In this document: piece after piece, positions 30,132-40,089 of the stretch | How positions within the stretch are numbered: the stretch's first letter is position 1 | Layout: every line of letters begins with the position of its first letter | DNA from: a virus | Length of the DNA: 64,000 nucleotides | Virus record (IMG/VR): IMGVR_UViG_3300048919_000265 | Strand: one strand, 5' to 3' | The notes under the pieces: generated by a model | What the model was told of the DNA's origin: nothing | Database searches by the model: none | What the model saw: only the letters and a program-made list of their open reading frames with translations | Position numbers and translations under genes: made by a program

Positions 30132-32426
30132 TTACAACCTACCGAGAGCGGAAGATAGGAAAGAACCTCCACCGAAGTCATCGGTATCATCACTCTTCTC
30201 TGTTTTATTGCTAGTATTGAATTCTCCACCAAACACTTCTCCTAAATTAACTTTCTTTGGTTGTTCTTCTTTAGGTAGAATTACAGGAGCCTGACCTCCC
30301 TCTTCTAAAAATTGTTTAGCAATTCTCACATAAGGGGAAGGGTTCTCTACCGGATAAAACATACCTAAATAATCAATAGCTCTTGTAACAGCCACATAAG
30401 CTAGCCGATTTTCCACTTCTGTAATTCTCTCAATTTCCTCAGTAGTTCCAGTTTTAATACCTATTTCCACACTTGGGAAAATTGAAGCAGAAAGATAAAT
30501 CATAAAAACTTTCTTATACTCCAGTCCCTTCAATCCGTGAAAAGTACTTAGTGTCACTCCTGATTCTGCCTGTCTCCAACGTCTAGTTGTTTGTAGTCGA
30601 CTATTTAATTCCTCAGAAAGTTCTGAATAAGTTTTATCGCTCATAAAGAAATCATAAACCCGATCAGTATACATGTTATCATAGTCAATATCATTATTTA
30701 TATGTTCCTTCTTGTAATTCCAGAAGTTTTTCTTAATCATTTCAAATAACTCTGGAAAATAACATTTGACTGGTTCTTTACCTACCCGTGCAGATAGCTC
30801 GAGCAACTTCTCCATTTGTTTAGAGAATGGAGCATAAGTATCATACTTTCCGTAATCTACTGTACGGAAATGTAGTCTAGTATGCTCCTCCGCAAACTTC
30901 CTTTTCTCTGGACTCCATTGCAATATCTCGAATAAATCCTTTGATTTAATAGGAAGTACTTTGTGCAAACAGAGATGACTATGCTGCTCAGCAGGATCAT
31001 ACAACAAGTCTAATACATCTGTCACATGCTTATACAACTCATGCGAAAATGGACTATAACCACTAAGGGTGTTAAACGCTATACCACGAGCCTCTAACAT
31101 CTCAGACAATAAAACAGAGTAGACTTTATCTCGATAACAAATAACCGTATCTAATCTCTCTTCGACAGACATCGATTCTATAATACCAACTAGTCTCTCT
31201 AATTGTCCTTCTGGAGTATTATATGGGAATAGTTCAACTTTACCTCCATCTTTAACAGAGGTTATTTTCTTCCCAAATCTACTCTTATTTTCATTAATCA
31301 CTCTAGAGGCAAGTCTCACTATTGTTTCCCTACAACGGCGATTCCGATTCAACACATAAACTTGTCCGCCTTCGAAGATCTGACTAAACAATAGGACATT
31401 ATCCACATCGGCGCCCTTAAAGGTGTAAATACACTGATCTTCGTCCCCGATTGCAAGCAAGGATTTATTATCGCCAACAATAATTTTTAATAAGCTCATC
31501 ATCAATGGTGTAAAATCCTGAACCTCGTCAGCTACCACATAATCAAAGTAAGTTTGAACTCTCTTCAGCGCTTGCTCATTTGTAGTCCACAACTTGTATG
31601 CCGAAGTTAACATCTCTATATAATCAAACTTAAAAGATTTACGTTTACGTGTTTCATAAACACTAAAAACCTTATCCAACACTTCTGCATCCAATGTTAT
31701 CTCTGGGAAGTTAGCTCTTACCTTTGGATGATTATAATCCATCATGCACTCTTTGCTATAGTTATACAGCGAGAAAAGAGAGTTGAAATCTGGCAACACG
31801 TTCTCTAATTTCATAAAATTAGCAACCATTGGCCATATACTTCTGAGAATATCAACACTTTGATTGTCACTTAAAACCTTAAAACCTGCCATGCCAAGTT
31901 CGTTTGCATATTCAGATCGCCAACGATCACAAAAGGCATGGAGTGTGACGGGATAAATTTCTCTATCAATATCTAGACCTTCCACCCCGCTTGCCATTAA
32001 CTTACCTGCAATTCTACTTTGCATGGCAGCCATTGGTTTTACGTTATGATTATTATACACCAAGCATAACACCCGATTACCATACAATTTATTTCCCGTA
32101 GCAAGTTGATGAATAACTTTTCGTTTAGCAATTTTTGCTTGTGTTTGTGTTGTCTTACCTCCACCAGCAGGAGCTATTATAAGTTGAAATTGTGGCTCAG
32201 CAGTCATAGCTAACGCAGCATCAGGGGACAGATCAAATCCTAATAACTTATAGAAAAGCTTCACTAGATTTAATTGCGCTGCCGGTGCCGGCAACCTACA
32301 GTCATATTGTGGAGGTATATATTTTAAAACATCATCAATGGCCATTTCGTCTATATTATAAGGGGTTACAGTCTCAAATTTTTTACCAATTCCATTATTC
32401 ATTCCCGCTTCTTCCAATGCTATCAC
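30132..32426 (-). CDS. uvrD: UvrD/PcrA/Rep superfamily-1A helicase
   Basis: APAGGGKTT, ADEVQD, GDEDQCIYTFKGA, NRRC, TFHGLKGLEY and RLAYVAVTRA motifs. Confidence 0.92.
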   Translation of the reverse strand: MIALEEAGMNNGIGKKFETVTPYNIDEMAIDDVLKYIPPQYDCRLPAPAAQLNLVKLFYKLLGFDLSPDAALAMTAEPQFQLIIAPAGGGKTTQTQAKIAKRKVIHQLATGNKLYGNRVLCLVYNNHNVKPMAAMQSRIAGKLMASGVEGLDIDREIYPVTLHAFCDRWRSEYANELGMAGFKVLSDNQSVDILRSIWPMVANFMKLENVLPDFNSLFSLYNYSKECMMDYNHPKVRANFPEITLDAEVLDKVFSVYETRKRKSFKFDYIEMLTSAYKLWTTNEQALKRVQTYFDYVVADEVQDFTPLMMSLLKIIVGDNKSLLAIGDEDQCIYTFKGADVDNVLLFSQIFEGGQVYVLNRNRRCRETIVRLASRVINENKSRFGKKITSVKDGGKVELFPYNTPEGQLERLVGIIESMSVEERLDTVICYRDKVYSVLLSEMLEARGIAFNTLSGYSPFSHELYKHVTDVLDLLYDPAEQHSHLCLHKVLPIKSKDLFEILQWSPEKRKFAEEHTRLHFRTVDYGKYDTYAPFSKQMEKLLELSARVGKEPVKCYFPELFEMIKKNFWNYKKEHINNDIDYDNMYTDRVYDFFMSDKTYSELSEELNSRLQTTRRWRQAESGVTLSTFHGLKGLEYKKVFMIYLSASIFPSVEIGIKTGTTEEIERITEVENRLAYVAVTRAIDYLGMFYPVENPSPYVRIAKQFLEEGGQAPVILPKEEQPKKVNLGEVFGGEFNTSNKTEKSDDTDDFGGGSFLSSALGRL

Positions 32427-34057
32427 TCCTGAAGAAATTCTTCTGTTATGTCAAACGACTCCCGAAGCAAGGGGTGAGGTCCTCCAAAAACAGAGATATA
32501 CTTACTTCTTTTTCTAAACTCCTGTAGCTCTATAATTCTACTGAGGCGCTTGACTATAAACGAACGATGTTTATAAGTTTCTTCCCACCATAATCCCAAG
32601 GTTACAAAATTTAAACCTTCCGGATTCAGTAAATAAGGTCCTCTATTATTAAAGTATGAGATAGGTAGACCTAATGCGTGCTGATGGTGATAGGGCTTCA
32701 CGCGAGAAACTCGATATCCTGTCTTTGACACCTCGATAATAGCATTTCTAACAAATTCCTTGAATCCCGGTAAAATATTAATTGGATAAAAAGAAGATAC
32801 ATCATTAATATTAAACGTATGATAAACCCTCGTTAATTCATTGTGTACAGGATACACTAATCCTGGAAGCTGTAAGCTAAAAGAGTCTATGTGGCCTACA
32901 AATTTGACTCCATCACTCTCGAACAGAAATGAATTAGTAACATCTACGGTACTATCAAACTTATTTATCTTGCGCTCTAGTATTTTAAATAATTCTAAAA
33001 GAGCGTCATGCTCAGGTCTAACCAACAGTGGATTTGCATCATTCATATTATATTCGGATTCCAGAGGAATAACATGAATTTTATCTAAATCAAATTCTGC
33101 TTGTTCTACATTAGAAACTTCTGGTAAGTTAGCATCAATATAACTTACTCTTACTTTAGCTCTCATGTCCTGTTTATTCAAGAAAATCAAAAATTGAAAT
33201 CCGTCATTAAATCGCAACATTACGTCCGGCAATTCTAAAATATACTTAAACTGATCTTCAACAAGCATCCTACTTCTATTAAACAACAGCAATGACAGTC
33301 TGTTTAAGAAACTAACAGTGTCATTAAACGACAAATGAGAAACTATTCCATGTTTATAGTATAAATAAGCTGCAACCACTGACACATGCTTTCCACTAGA
33401 AGTAATAAGTACTTCATTACCCGTATACTTAGAAAGTACTTCTTTTTCCAGCTCAGATAATTTCAACATTGTAGCGGAATTGTTGTTATCATAAGCCTCC
33501 GCCAATTTTTCTAACGAGCTTGTTATATCTATAGCCTCTAGGCCTAACTCCACAAGATCTTCTTTAATTCCTTGAATACCGGCCTCTTTACTACGTTGTT
33601 TTTTCAAATCACCGTTAGTGGCAAAAGGTAAACTTTCTGGATAAGCACTTAATATCAAGTTATTCCATTTAACCATTTCCTCATAACTGGTAAAACTTTT
33701 ATTCACCACAAAATAATCAGGTGCGACTCCAGCGGGCATGTTTTCTTTTATAAACTGCTCACATTGATTTAACACTTCCTGATCGTCTTCATCCGGCTCA
33801 ATAAGTAATAAATAGTTACGAGCATCAAGATCGCGTGAAAGTCTAGTCCGATCCACTAAGATTCCGAAGCTTTCATACAATTCCTTATTAGTATCTGATT
33901 CATAACTTTCGAAATCAACTAAATAATTATTAGTTTGGTCTGGATATTTCTTGATGATATTATAAATATGCCTGTGTATAGAATAATCAAAACCTTCTAT
34001 ACTTTCTTCATTTTTTAATGATTTAAACTCTTCCTCAGATATAATGATATCCTGCAA
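32423..34057 (-). CDS. Hypothetical protein (544 aa)
   Basis: Long ORF overlapping the helicase start by 4 nt; no motif recognised. Confidence 0.75.
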   Translation of the reverse strand: MQDIIISEEEFKSLKNEESIEGFDYSIHRHIYNIIKKYPDQTNNYLVDFESYESDTNKELYESFGILVDRTRLSRDLDARNYLLLIEPDEDDQEVLNQCEQFIKENMPAGVAPDYFVVNKSFTSYEEMVKWNNLILSAYPESLPFATNGDLKKQRSKEAGIQGIKEDLVELGLEAIDITSSLEKLAEAYDNNNSATMLKLSELEKEVLSKYTGNEVLITSSGKHVSVVAAYLYYKHGIVSHLSFNDTVSFLNRLSLLLFNRSRMLVEDQFKYILELPDVMLRFNDGFQFLIFLNKQDMRAKVRVSYIDANLPEVSNVEQAEFDLDKIHVIPLESEYNMNDANPLLVRPEHDALLELFKILERKINKFDSTVDVTNSFLFESDGVKFVGHIDSFSLQLPGLVYPVHNELTRVYHTFNINDVSSFYPINILPGFKEFVRNAIIEVSKTGYRVSRVKPYHHQHALGLPISYFNNRGPYLLNPEGLNFVTLGLWWEETYKHRSFIVKRLSRIIELQEFRKRSKYISVFGGPHPLLRESFDITEEFLQE

Positions 34058-34071
34058 ATTTTACACCACCT

Positions 34072-34755
34072 TTAATAATCCGTCACTTCCACCAGAGAAG
34101 TAATTTCAGTCGCATGATTTTTTTCTAATCTGAATTCTCGACGAGGCAAGTTTTTATATCCATCTGCAGATTGTTCTACCATCATTATCTGCATACCTTT
34201 ACTAATAGCCAATTCTATTAACTCCGCCAGTTTACCTAAGTTATCCGAATCACTAGCAGCAAAAGCTTCATCCATTGGAATTATCACACAACCAGCACTC
34301 TCATTTATACCAATAGCACTAGAAAAACTTATCAATTCTTGTAATAATTTTCCTTCATTAATATGTGGTAGACGAGTCCTTCCTTTTTTATCAATAATCT
34401 CTAAGGTTGTTTTAGAGTTACGATTTTTAAAATCACTTTTAACCTTAACTTTAAAACCTTCATACGGAAAAACGTATGAGACATTTTCAGTTATCCGCTC
34501 GGACAAAAACAAAAGACGTCTGTCCTTAAATGCTAAATCTTCGGATATGAACTTCTTATGTAGCCTAACAAGGGCTGTCGCGTAAATATCCGTGTCTCTA
34601 CGCAATTTAGTCGCCTTGCTCAAACGGGCCTGTATCTCTTTTCTTTCACGATTAGCTTGTATCCCCTTCTCGAGAGAATACTGTAAGCTACTTAACTTAT
34701 TCCTAAAGGACTGTAGTATAGCCCGTGAGGCGGTAATATCAATATCAGGCAGCAA
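34072..34755 (-). CDS. C-terminal half of a split Rad50/SbcC ABC-ATPase
   Basis: Coiled coil followed by signature-position NEGKLLQELIS, Walker B/D-loop IIPMDEAFAASD and terminal strand IMMVEQ. No Walker A. Confidence 0.7.
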   Translation of the reverse strand: MLPDIDITASRAILQSFRNKLSSLQYSLEKGIQANRERKEIQARLSKATKLRRDTDIYATALVRLHKKFISEDLAFKDRRLLFLSERITENVSYVFPYEGFKVKVKSDFKNRNSKTTLEIIDKKGRTRLPHINEGKLLQELISFSSAIGINESAGCVIIPMDEAFAASDSDNLGKLAELIELAISKGMQIMMVEQSADGYKNLPRREFRLEKNHATEITSLVEVTDY

Positions 34756-35839
34756 AGTCCTTCCTCCTTATAACAACAATAAATGTCCCATTCTCTAATT
34801 CCAACTGCACAAAAGTTCGCTTTATCTTAATAGTAATAAAGTCATTAGTTATAGCACCTACAACATCTTTCAGAACTTTAGTTGGAAAAACTAGTGTAGG
34901 TATTGCATGTACTGACCCTAGCTCAACTGGTACTGCGGACCCTAATGTCAACTCCTCCAATCCTGAAATTTCGCTTCTCTTTGCGTTGATGGATTCCACA
35001 TCACTATCCACTTTAAATTTAGCAGAAAATCTGATCGACCCTTCCACCACGCGTGCCACCTCTTGCTCGAAATCAAGAACGATAGTATCAGTAAATCCAC
35101 ATGATTTAACTAAGTTACACACATTGGACAACTTAGTCTTCAATTTATGACTATATTTCTCCCTGAGAACCATACTTAAATCGGATTCTATACTAGCCCT
35201 CGATTGCTTAGCAATAATGACTGTATCTTGTCCTCGACCTATTATAAAATTCTGATACCCATAAACATCGTCTGAGAATTTGAGCAAAAAATTAGCAACA
35301 TTGGTATCTAGATTAAAATTCTCGCACCCTGCTTTATAGTACAGTTGCATACCTTTCAATTCTACAACCACCATACCATTATTTACGTTGATAACTGAAG
35401 TTAAATTCTTGATGACTTTTAATGCGCGTTCAACCTTGAATAAATTTATAGGAACAAAATTACCACTGTTCTCCATCAACTCAAGTCTACTATAAATGGT
35501 AGATATGTCACTTGCTTGATAAGTACTATACATATTATACTCTCCACCGCGAGTAGGTTTAATTGTTAATTCAACATTATTGTTTTCCCCGACAAATAAA
35601 TTTACTACACCATCACTGATTAAGGACATAAAATAATTACGGTCAACTCTAACACAAACATTCTCTGTGAAATCCTCTCTAGATATTACCTCTAATGAAT
35701 AGTGAGAGTAAACTTCCACATTATTAGCGATAATCAATACATTATGCTTTAATATTAAGAAATCCAAGAAATCAACTAGTCCTTGTGAAAAGAAAGATTG
35801 TAATTCTCTCGCATTGCGTACATTAAATGTCACCTGCAT
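34745..35839 (-). CDS. Probable divergent DNA sliding clamp (DnaN/beta-like)
   Basis: 364 aa, about beta-clamp size. The N-terminal domain resembles DnaN: MQVTFNVRNARELQSFF; VLIIANNVEVYSHYSLEV; VRVDRNYFMSLISDGVVNLFVGENNNVELTI. Beta-rich three-domain periodicity. DnaX is in the same window. Confidence 0.5.
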   Translation of the reverse strand: MQVTFNVRNARELQSFFSQGLVDFLDFLILKHNVLIIANNVEVYSHYSLEVISREDFTENVCVRVDRNYFMSLISDGVVNLFVGENNNVELTIKPTRGGEYNMYSTYQASDISTIYSRLELMENSGNFVPINLFKVERALKVIKNLTSVINVNNGMVVVELKGMQLYYKAGCENFNLDTNVANFLLKFSDDVYGYQNFIIGRGQDTVIIAKQSRASIESDLSMVLREKYSHKLKTKLSNVCNLVKSCGFTDTIVLDFEQEVARVVEGSIRFSAKFKVDSDVESINAKRSEISGLEELTLGSAVPVELGSVHAIPTLVFPTKVLKDVVGAITNDFITIKIKRTFVQLELENGTFIVVIRRKDFAA

Positions 35840-35841
35840 GC

Positions 35842-36162
35842 TTAATCACCACTTTCACGTAGCAAAAATAATTCTATGTCCTTCAAAACTTTTATGAATA
35901 ATTCCCGGAACTCCTTGTGATACTCTTCTTCTATATAAACCCTATCCAAGTCGTATCCCAGAAGAGTTCTGATTGCTATCCCTTTACTTTCTAAGATTGC
36001 TATTTTATCCTCATTAAAAGCGGCAAAATACTGCTTAAGATCCTCGATTCTTTGATCAGCTTTCAATCGATTTTGATCGCTAAGTGCTTTCTTAGTTGTT
36101 AATTTATGACGTAGTTCCTTAATATTAATCCCACCATCTGTAACATTACTCACCGTTTCCAC
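35842..36162 (-). CDS. Small coiled-coil protein (106 aa)
   Basis: Heptad-rich helical sequence lying between the SbcD-like gene and the clamp-like gene. Confidence 0.65.
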   Translation of the reverse strand: METVSNVTDGGINIKELRHKLTTKKALSDQNRLKADQRIEDLKQYFAAFNEDKIAILESKGIAIRTLLGYDLDRVYIEEEYHKEFRELFIKVLKDIELFLLRESGD

Positions 36163-37283
36163 CGCACTTCCTCTAATAATTTACTCAATTCCCTCTCATA
36201 CGTTGTAAATCCTTTATCCAATAATTCTTCAAAAAGATCCAAATACGCAGGATGGGCAGTAAGAGATATTCTAAGATTCTCTATTGGATCATCCACAACT
36301 GGCACATACTCACCAACGAAGTACTTAGTCTCCTTAGCTTCCATTCGCTTAGATTGCTTCATCTCTATAATTTCTTCGTTAACACAGGCTTCCCTTGGTA
36401 GAAGATCGAACTTGTTATGTTTTATCTCTTTAAGTTCTCCGTCTTCCACAACAACAACTGGAATGTTGCGCTCTAACCTAGCATTGTTAATCTCTAAGTG
36501 GTTTGTTCTGCCCAAAGTAGATAAGTAATGCAGCCAGGTGGAAAAGCCTGTCGACTCGTCTGTATACTTGTATTGTCCATACAGCATATGCATATGCGCT
36601 AAAAATGCGTAATGATATCCCTGCAAAGCCTGTGTGTTATCGAAATAAACAGGGGTATGCTCAAAAATCTTTATACCCATTTCTCGTTCAGAATCTTCTA
36701 GAATAGCCTTAGCATACAGATCCATATGAAAAACGCCAATATTGGTCTTACCATCTAACCGAGGCCTTGTTATTGGACACCCATAATGATTAAATAAAAA
36801 TCGCACATTTCCATCTTCTAATTCATCAACTAATTCAAAAACATTCATTCTTCCTCGTGGTTGCCATATCTTATGGCTAAGACTTTTCATTATCTTAGAA
36901 GACTTTACTTCTCTAATTAATGTCCAGAAAGGATTATCTTTATAATATGTTAATTCGTGATTACCAAGGGTAACATATATACCAGTAACTTCATTCCTCA
37001 ATTGAATCATCTTATTGTTCTCAGAAATTGCCATAAATAAATCATTGTATGATCTATCCCAAATATCCCCTGCAAAAATAGGGAACACTTGATCGGCATA
37101 TTCATAGCAACTTCTATTAATTTTCACTACTTGCTCGAACGCATGTTCCATTTCTTCCAAGTAATTAACTCTGCCATCGAAGTTTTTATTTCTTCTATGC
37201 AAGTCAGTTACTATAGGGTATGCATTGACCGTCAATGTGTTGTACCTCCCCATAAATAACGCAAGGAACTCTTTTCCCGACAC
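36150..37283 (-). CDS. sbcD: Mre11/SbcD-family metallophosphoesterase nuclease
   Basis: TDLH, GDIWD, GNHE, FH and AHMH motifs. True start is probably TTG at 37235 after GGGAGG. Confidence 0.85.
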   Translation of the reverse strand: MSGKEFLALFMGRYNTLTVNAYPIVTDLHRRNKNFDGRVNYLEEMEHAFEQVVKINRSCYEYADQVFPIFAGDIWDRSYNDLFMAISENNKMIQLRNEVTGIYVTLGNHELTYYKDNPFWTLIREVKSSKIMKSLSHKIWQPRGRMNVFELVDELEDGNVRFLFNHYGCPITRPRLDGKTNIGVFHMDLYAKAILEDSEREMGIKIFEHTPVYFDNTQALQGYHYAFLAHMHMLYGQYKYTDESTGFSTWLHYLSTLGRTNHLEINNARLERNIPVVVVEDGELKEIKHNKFDLLPREACVNEEIIEMKQSKRMEAKETKYFVGEYVPVVDDPIENLRISLTAHPAYLDLFEELLDKGFTTYERELSKLLEEVRWKR

Positions 37284-38409
37284 TGTTGATAAAATTTCTT
37301 ATCTCCGATAAATCCACATCGAGTTCCTTGACCGACTGTAGATTTGTATTTGCCTTCTCAAATTCCACATGAACTGGTATGAGCTCCTCATAAATATCAA
37401 GCATGGTTAGAATCGAACCCACATCGGATTTGACAACTTCTGCTTCTAGAAAGGCTGCACACAGATCAACCAACTCTAAACTACATTCCAATTCTAATGA
37501 TAAGTCTGGTAACATTCTACTAATTCCGTCCATTGAATCTTGCATTTCTGCATAAATATCTAAAACCTGTAACAACTCACCCTCATTATTTTCAGAAAAT
37601 AAATACTCACTACCCTCACAAAACAATCTTCCTTCTTCAACAAAATCTAGTAACCAAAGTAAATTATCATAATTCTTGTTATCAAATACAGAATAATCTA
37701 CTTGTTGCATACCTCTATACGCGTCCAGTAAATTTTGATAGGTATCAATTCCTGCCCCCATATTCACAATTCTTTGTGCCAATCTGTCCGTATCTACATA
37801 CTGATAGCTCTTTAATTGATGCTCTAAGCTTAGCACTATATCATCCAACACATGCATATTTTCGCCTTGTAATTTGGATTTCTCTGCAGTAGTGGCAATC
37901 AAATGATTAAGAGTCTCATTACTGGTAAGCAATTTTACCAGGTTATGATTCGCTTTAGTATTACTGTTAACTAATAACAAACTCTGATCTAAATCTAGAA
38001 TATTAGCAATATAAGATTCCTCTGGATCAACAATCAACGAAAGATTCCTAACCATCCTAGGGTCTGGAGTCCGTGACACGGTGAAAGGATGCACATTGAA
38101 TTCCTCGGTAAAATAATATTGAGGACCGTTACGATAAACTTTAACAGCAGCACAACTGTTATCACTAAATAGATATACCGCCATAGCATGATCTGCACCA
38201 AACGCTATCAATTCTCCTAATTCTTTACGAGTATAAAAAGTAGGACAACCTGCTACCTTGAGCATTTTAAAATATACGCTCTTACCTGTATTATTAGGTG
38301 CTGTTATAATATTAAGTCCCTCACTAAATTCAAATTCAACATTACCTAATGATTGACAATTAATTAACCTACATCGGGAAATTTTTACTGGTTTAATATA
38401 ATCTAACAT
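37204..38409 (-). CDS. N-terminal half of a split Rad50/SbcC ABC-ATPase
   Basis: INCQSL...FSEGLNIITAPNNTGKS Walker A, Q-loop LDLDQ and coiled coil; ends at the hook-like PCVIYG...GQC. No Walker B. Confidence 0.75.
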   Translation of the reverse strand: MLDYIKPVKISRCRLINCQSLGNVEFEFSEGLNIITAPNNTGKSVYFKMLKVAGCPTFYTRKELGELIAFGADHAMAVYLFSDNSCAAVKVYRNGPQYYFTEEFNVHPFTVSRTPDPRMVRNLSLIVDPEESYIANILDLDQSLLLVNSNTKANHNLVKLLTSNETLNHLIATTAEKSKLQGENMHVLDDIVLSLEHQLKSYQYVDTDRLAQRIVNMGAGIDTYQNLLDAYRGMQQVDYSVFDNKNYDNLLWLLDFVEEGRLFCEGSEYLFSENNEGELLQVLDIYAEMQDSMDGISRMLPDLSLELECSLELVDLCAAFLEAEVVKSDVGSILTMLDIYEELIPVHVEFEKANTNLQSVKELDVDLSEIRNFINSVGKRVPCVIYGEVQHIDGQCIPYSN

Positions 38410-38454
38410 AACAAAAGTTATTCCTCCTTCCTATGCAATTTTAGTAACGTTTAT

Positions 38455-38493
38455 AAAAGAAGGGTGAGCCCACTTGCAGCTCACCCTTCTTTT
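38455..38493. terminator. Bidirectional rho-independent terminator
   Basis: aaaagaagggtgagc-ccacttgca-gctcacccttctttt, a 15-bp perfect inverted repeat with A/T tails on both sides. Confidence 0.85.
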
Positions 38494-38500
38494 TCATCTC

Positions 38501-40006
38501 CTATTCGCTCAATTCAATAACTTCTGCATCCAAATTAAGCGTTTCCGGTTTAATCTCTTCAATACCGTCTGTCGCATCAAGTGTCTGACCTGCCGTGCCA
38601 TTCATGACCTCTTCGAGATTTAATTTAGCCTCAGTGGCAGCTTTAGCTTCGTCAAGGCTTCCTGCATCTTTATCGGACATTCCATGCTCCGCAGCAGTAA
38701 TCAAATTCATGACTTCCTCTCCGCCATAAATCAGCGACAAAATATCAGAATTGCTTTCCAGAACTTTCTCAGTCATAAAAGTATTTTCCAACTCTTTATT
38801 AGCATCAACAGCAGCCAACAATTTCTTCTCAATAGTTTCGTCAAATTTACGAATATAAACTGAATACATAAACTGACTTTCCATATCTTGAGATTCATCC
38901 AGAGCTTGTCTAACTGCTGTAACAAACTTATCATAGAACGCTTCATCTTTCAATTTGGAATCAGCTATAGCATAGCGAGTTCCTTTACCAATTGCCATAG
39001 CATCATTTGGATCATCAACTGTAACCGGACAAATCATATCCAACTCTAAGAAATCCCAATGAATATCATGCTTATTTGAAGTGCCGTTAGTAAAGTTAGC
39101 AAAAGGCTCATCAAATTCACTGGTCTTCTTAGTAGTATGGTACAATTTCTTAACTTCTTCAGCCGTGATAGTTTTATACATCTCACTATCTTTCAAAGTC
39201 AAGTCGTTTTCCAGCAGCATAGCCATTACAACCATATAGTTAGAAGGTCTATCTTCACTAATGATGATTTCATCATAAACTTTCTTGATATTATCTTTAA
39301 AATCCTTTTCAAGAATGTTAGCCAAATCAGGAGCCGTCTTAAAGAAAGGAATATTAGTTTTCAGCTCATATGGTTCACCAGCTTTAGCCTTTTCAATACA
39401 ATCTTCAATATTAACTCTGTGTTCATACGCAATATCTCGATACAACTTATGCACCTTGAGTGCAACAGGCCACTCACCAATAACCTGATTCGTGACAGGA
39501 TCACGATCAACTTCAATCGCATAATCGTTAGCATACTGATTACCTGTAATACGTGGATCTGAAATAGAAACAACTGGGACCGTCATGATTCGTGGGAATC
39601 TGTATAACCGGAAAACTTTCCAATCTTCTTTCGTAAATACGGTATAATCACTTGTATTCCATTCGTCAACACCTGAACGACGCATCAAGGCCTTCTTGGT
39701 AATTTCACTCTTCTCTGCCATACGTTTAACAATCAACGCAGCAGAAGTTGCAGAAATCGGTGGACGCCATTTATTATCTTCATTCCATTGTTCGTTTGCT
39801 TCACCTGTACCTGGATCAAAATCCAGTGCAAGATCCATAATAACTAGAATCTTCTCGCGCAATTTAAGCGCACGTTTAATTCTAGGCAACCGCTTCAACT
39901 GGATTCTAGACTGGGCTTTCTCATTCCGTAATTTTAATGCAGAAGAAGGCTTAATCTTCCCCGCATCCATATCCTCAAAAATCTGATCAATCAAACTCGA
40001 ACTCAT
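38501..40006 (-). CDS. Abundant orphan protein with acidic C-terminus (501 aa); candidate ssDNA-binding/recombination protein
   Basis: Strong RBS AGGAGGT, own terminator, acidic tail (EEIKPETLNLDAEVIELSE); sits between the primase and Rad50/Mre11 genes. The function is inferred. Confidence 0.55.
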   Translation of the reverse strand: MSSSLIDQIFEDMDAGKIKPSSALKLRNEKAQSRIQLKRLPRIKRALKLREKILVIMDLALDFDPGTGEANEQWNEDNKWRPPISATSAALIVKRMAEKSEITKKALMRRSGVDEWNTSDYTVFTKEDWKVFRLYRFPRIMTVPVVSISDPRITGNQYANDYAIEVDRDPVTNQVIGEWPVALKVHKLYRDIAYEHRVNIEDCIEKAKAGEPYELKTNIPFFKTAPDLANILEKDFKDNIKKVYDEIIISEDRPSNYMVVMAMLLENDLTLKDSEMYKTITAEEVKKLYHTTKKTSEFDEPFANFTNGTSNKHDIHWDFLELDMICPVTVDDPNDAMAIGKGTRYAIADSKLKDEAFYDKFVTAVRQALDESQDMESQFMYSVYIRKFDETIEKKLLAAVDANKELENTFMTEKVLESNSDILSLIYGGEEVMNLITAAEHGMSDKDAGSLDEAKAATEAKLNLEEVMNGTAGQTLDATDGIEEIKPETLNLDAEVIELSE

Positions 40007-40089
40007 TTTTCACTACCTCCTACTAATTATGGAATGAGTTTCTTCCCTTCTCACTCTCTCACACTAATATAATTCGTTAATCAATCATT

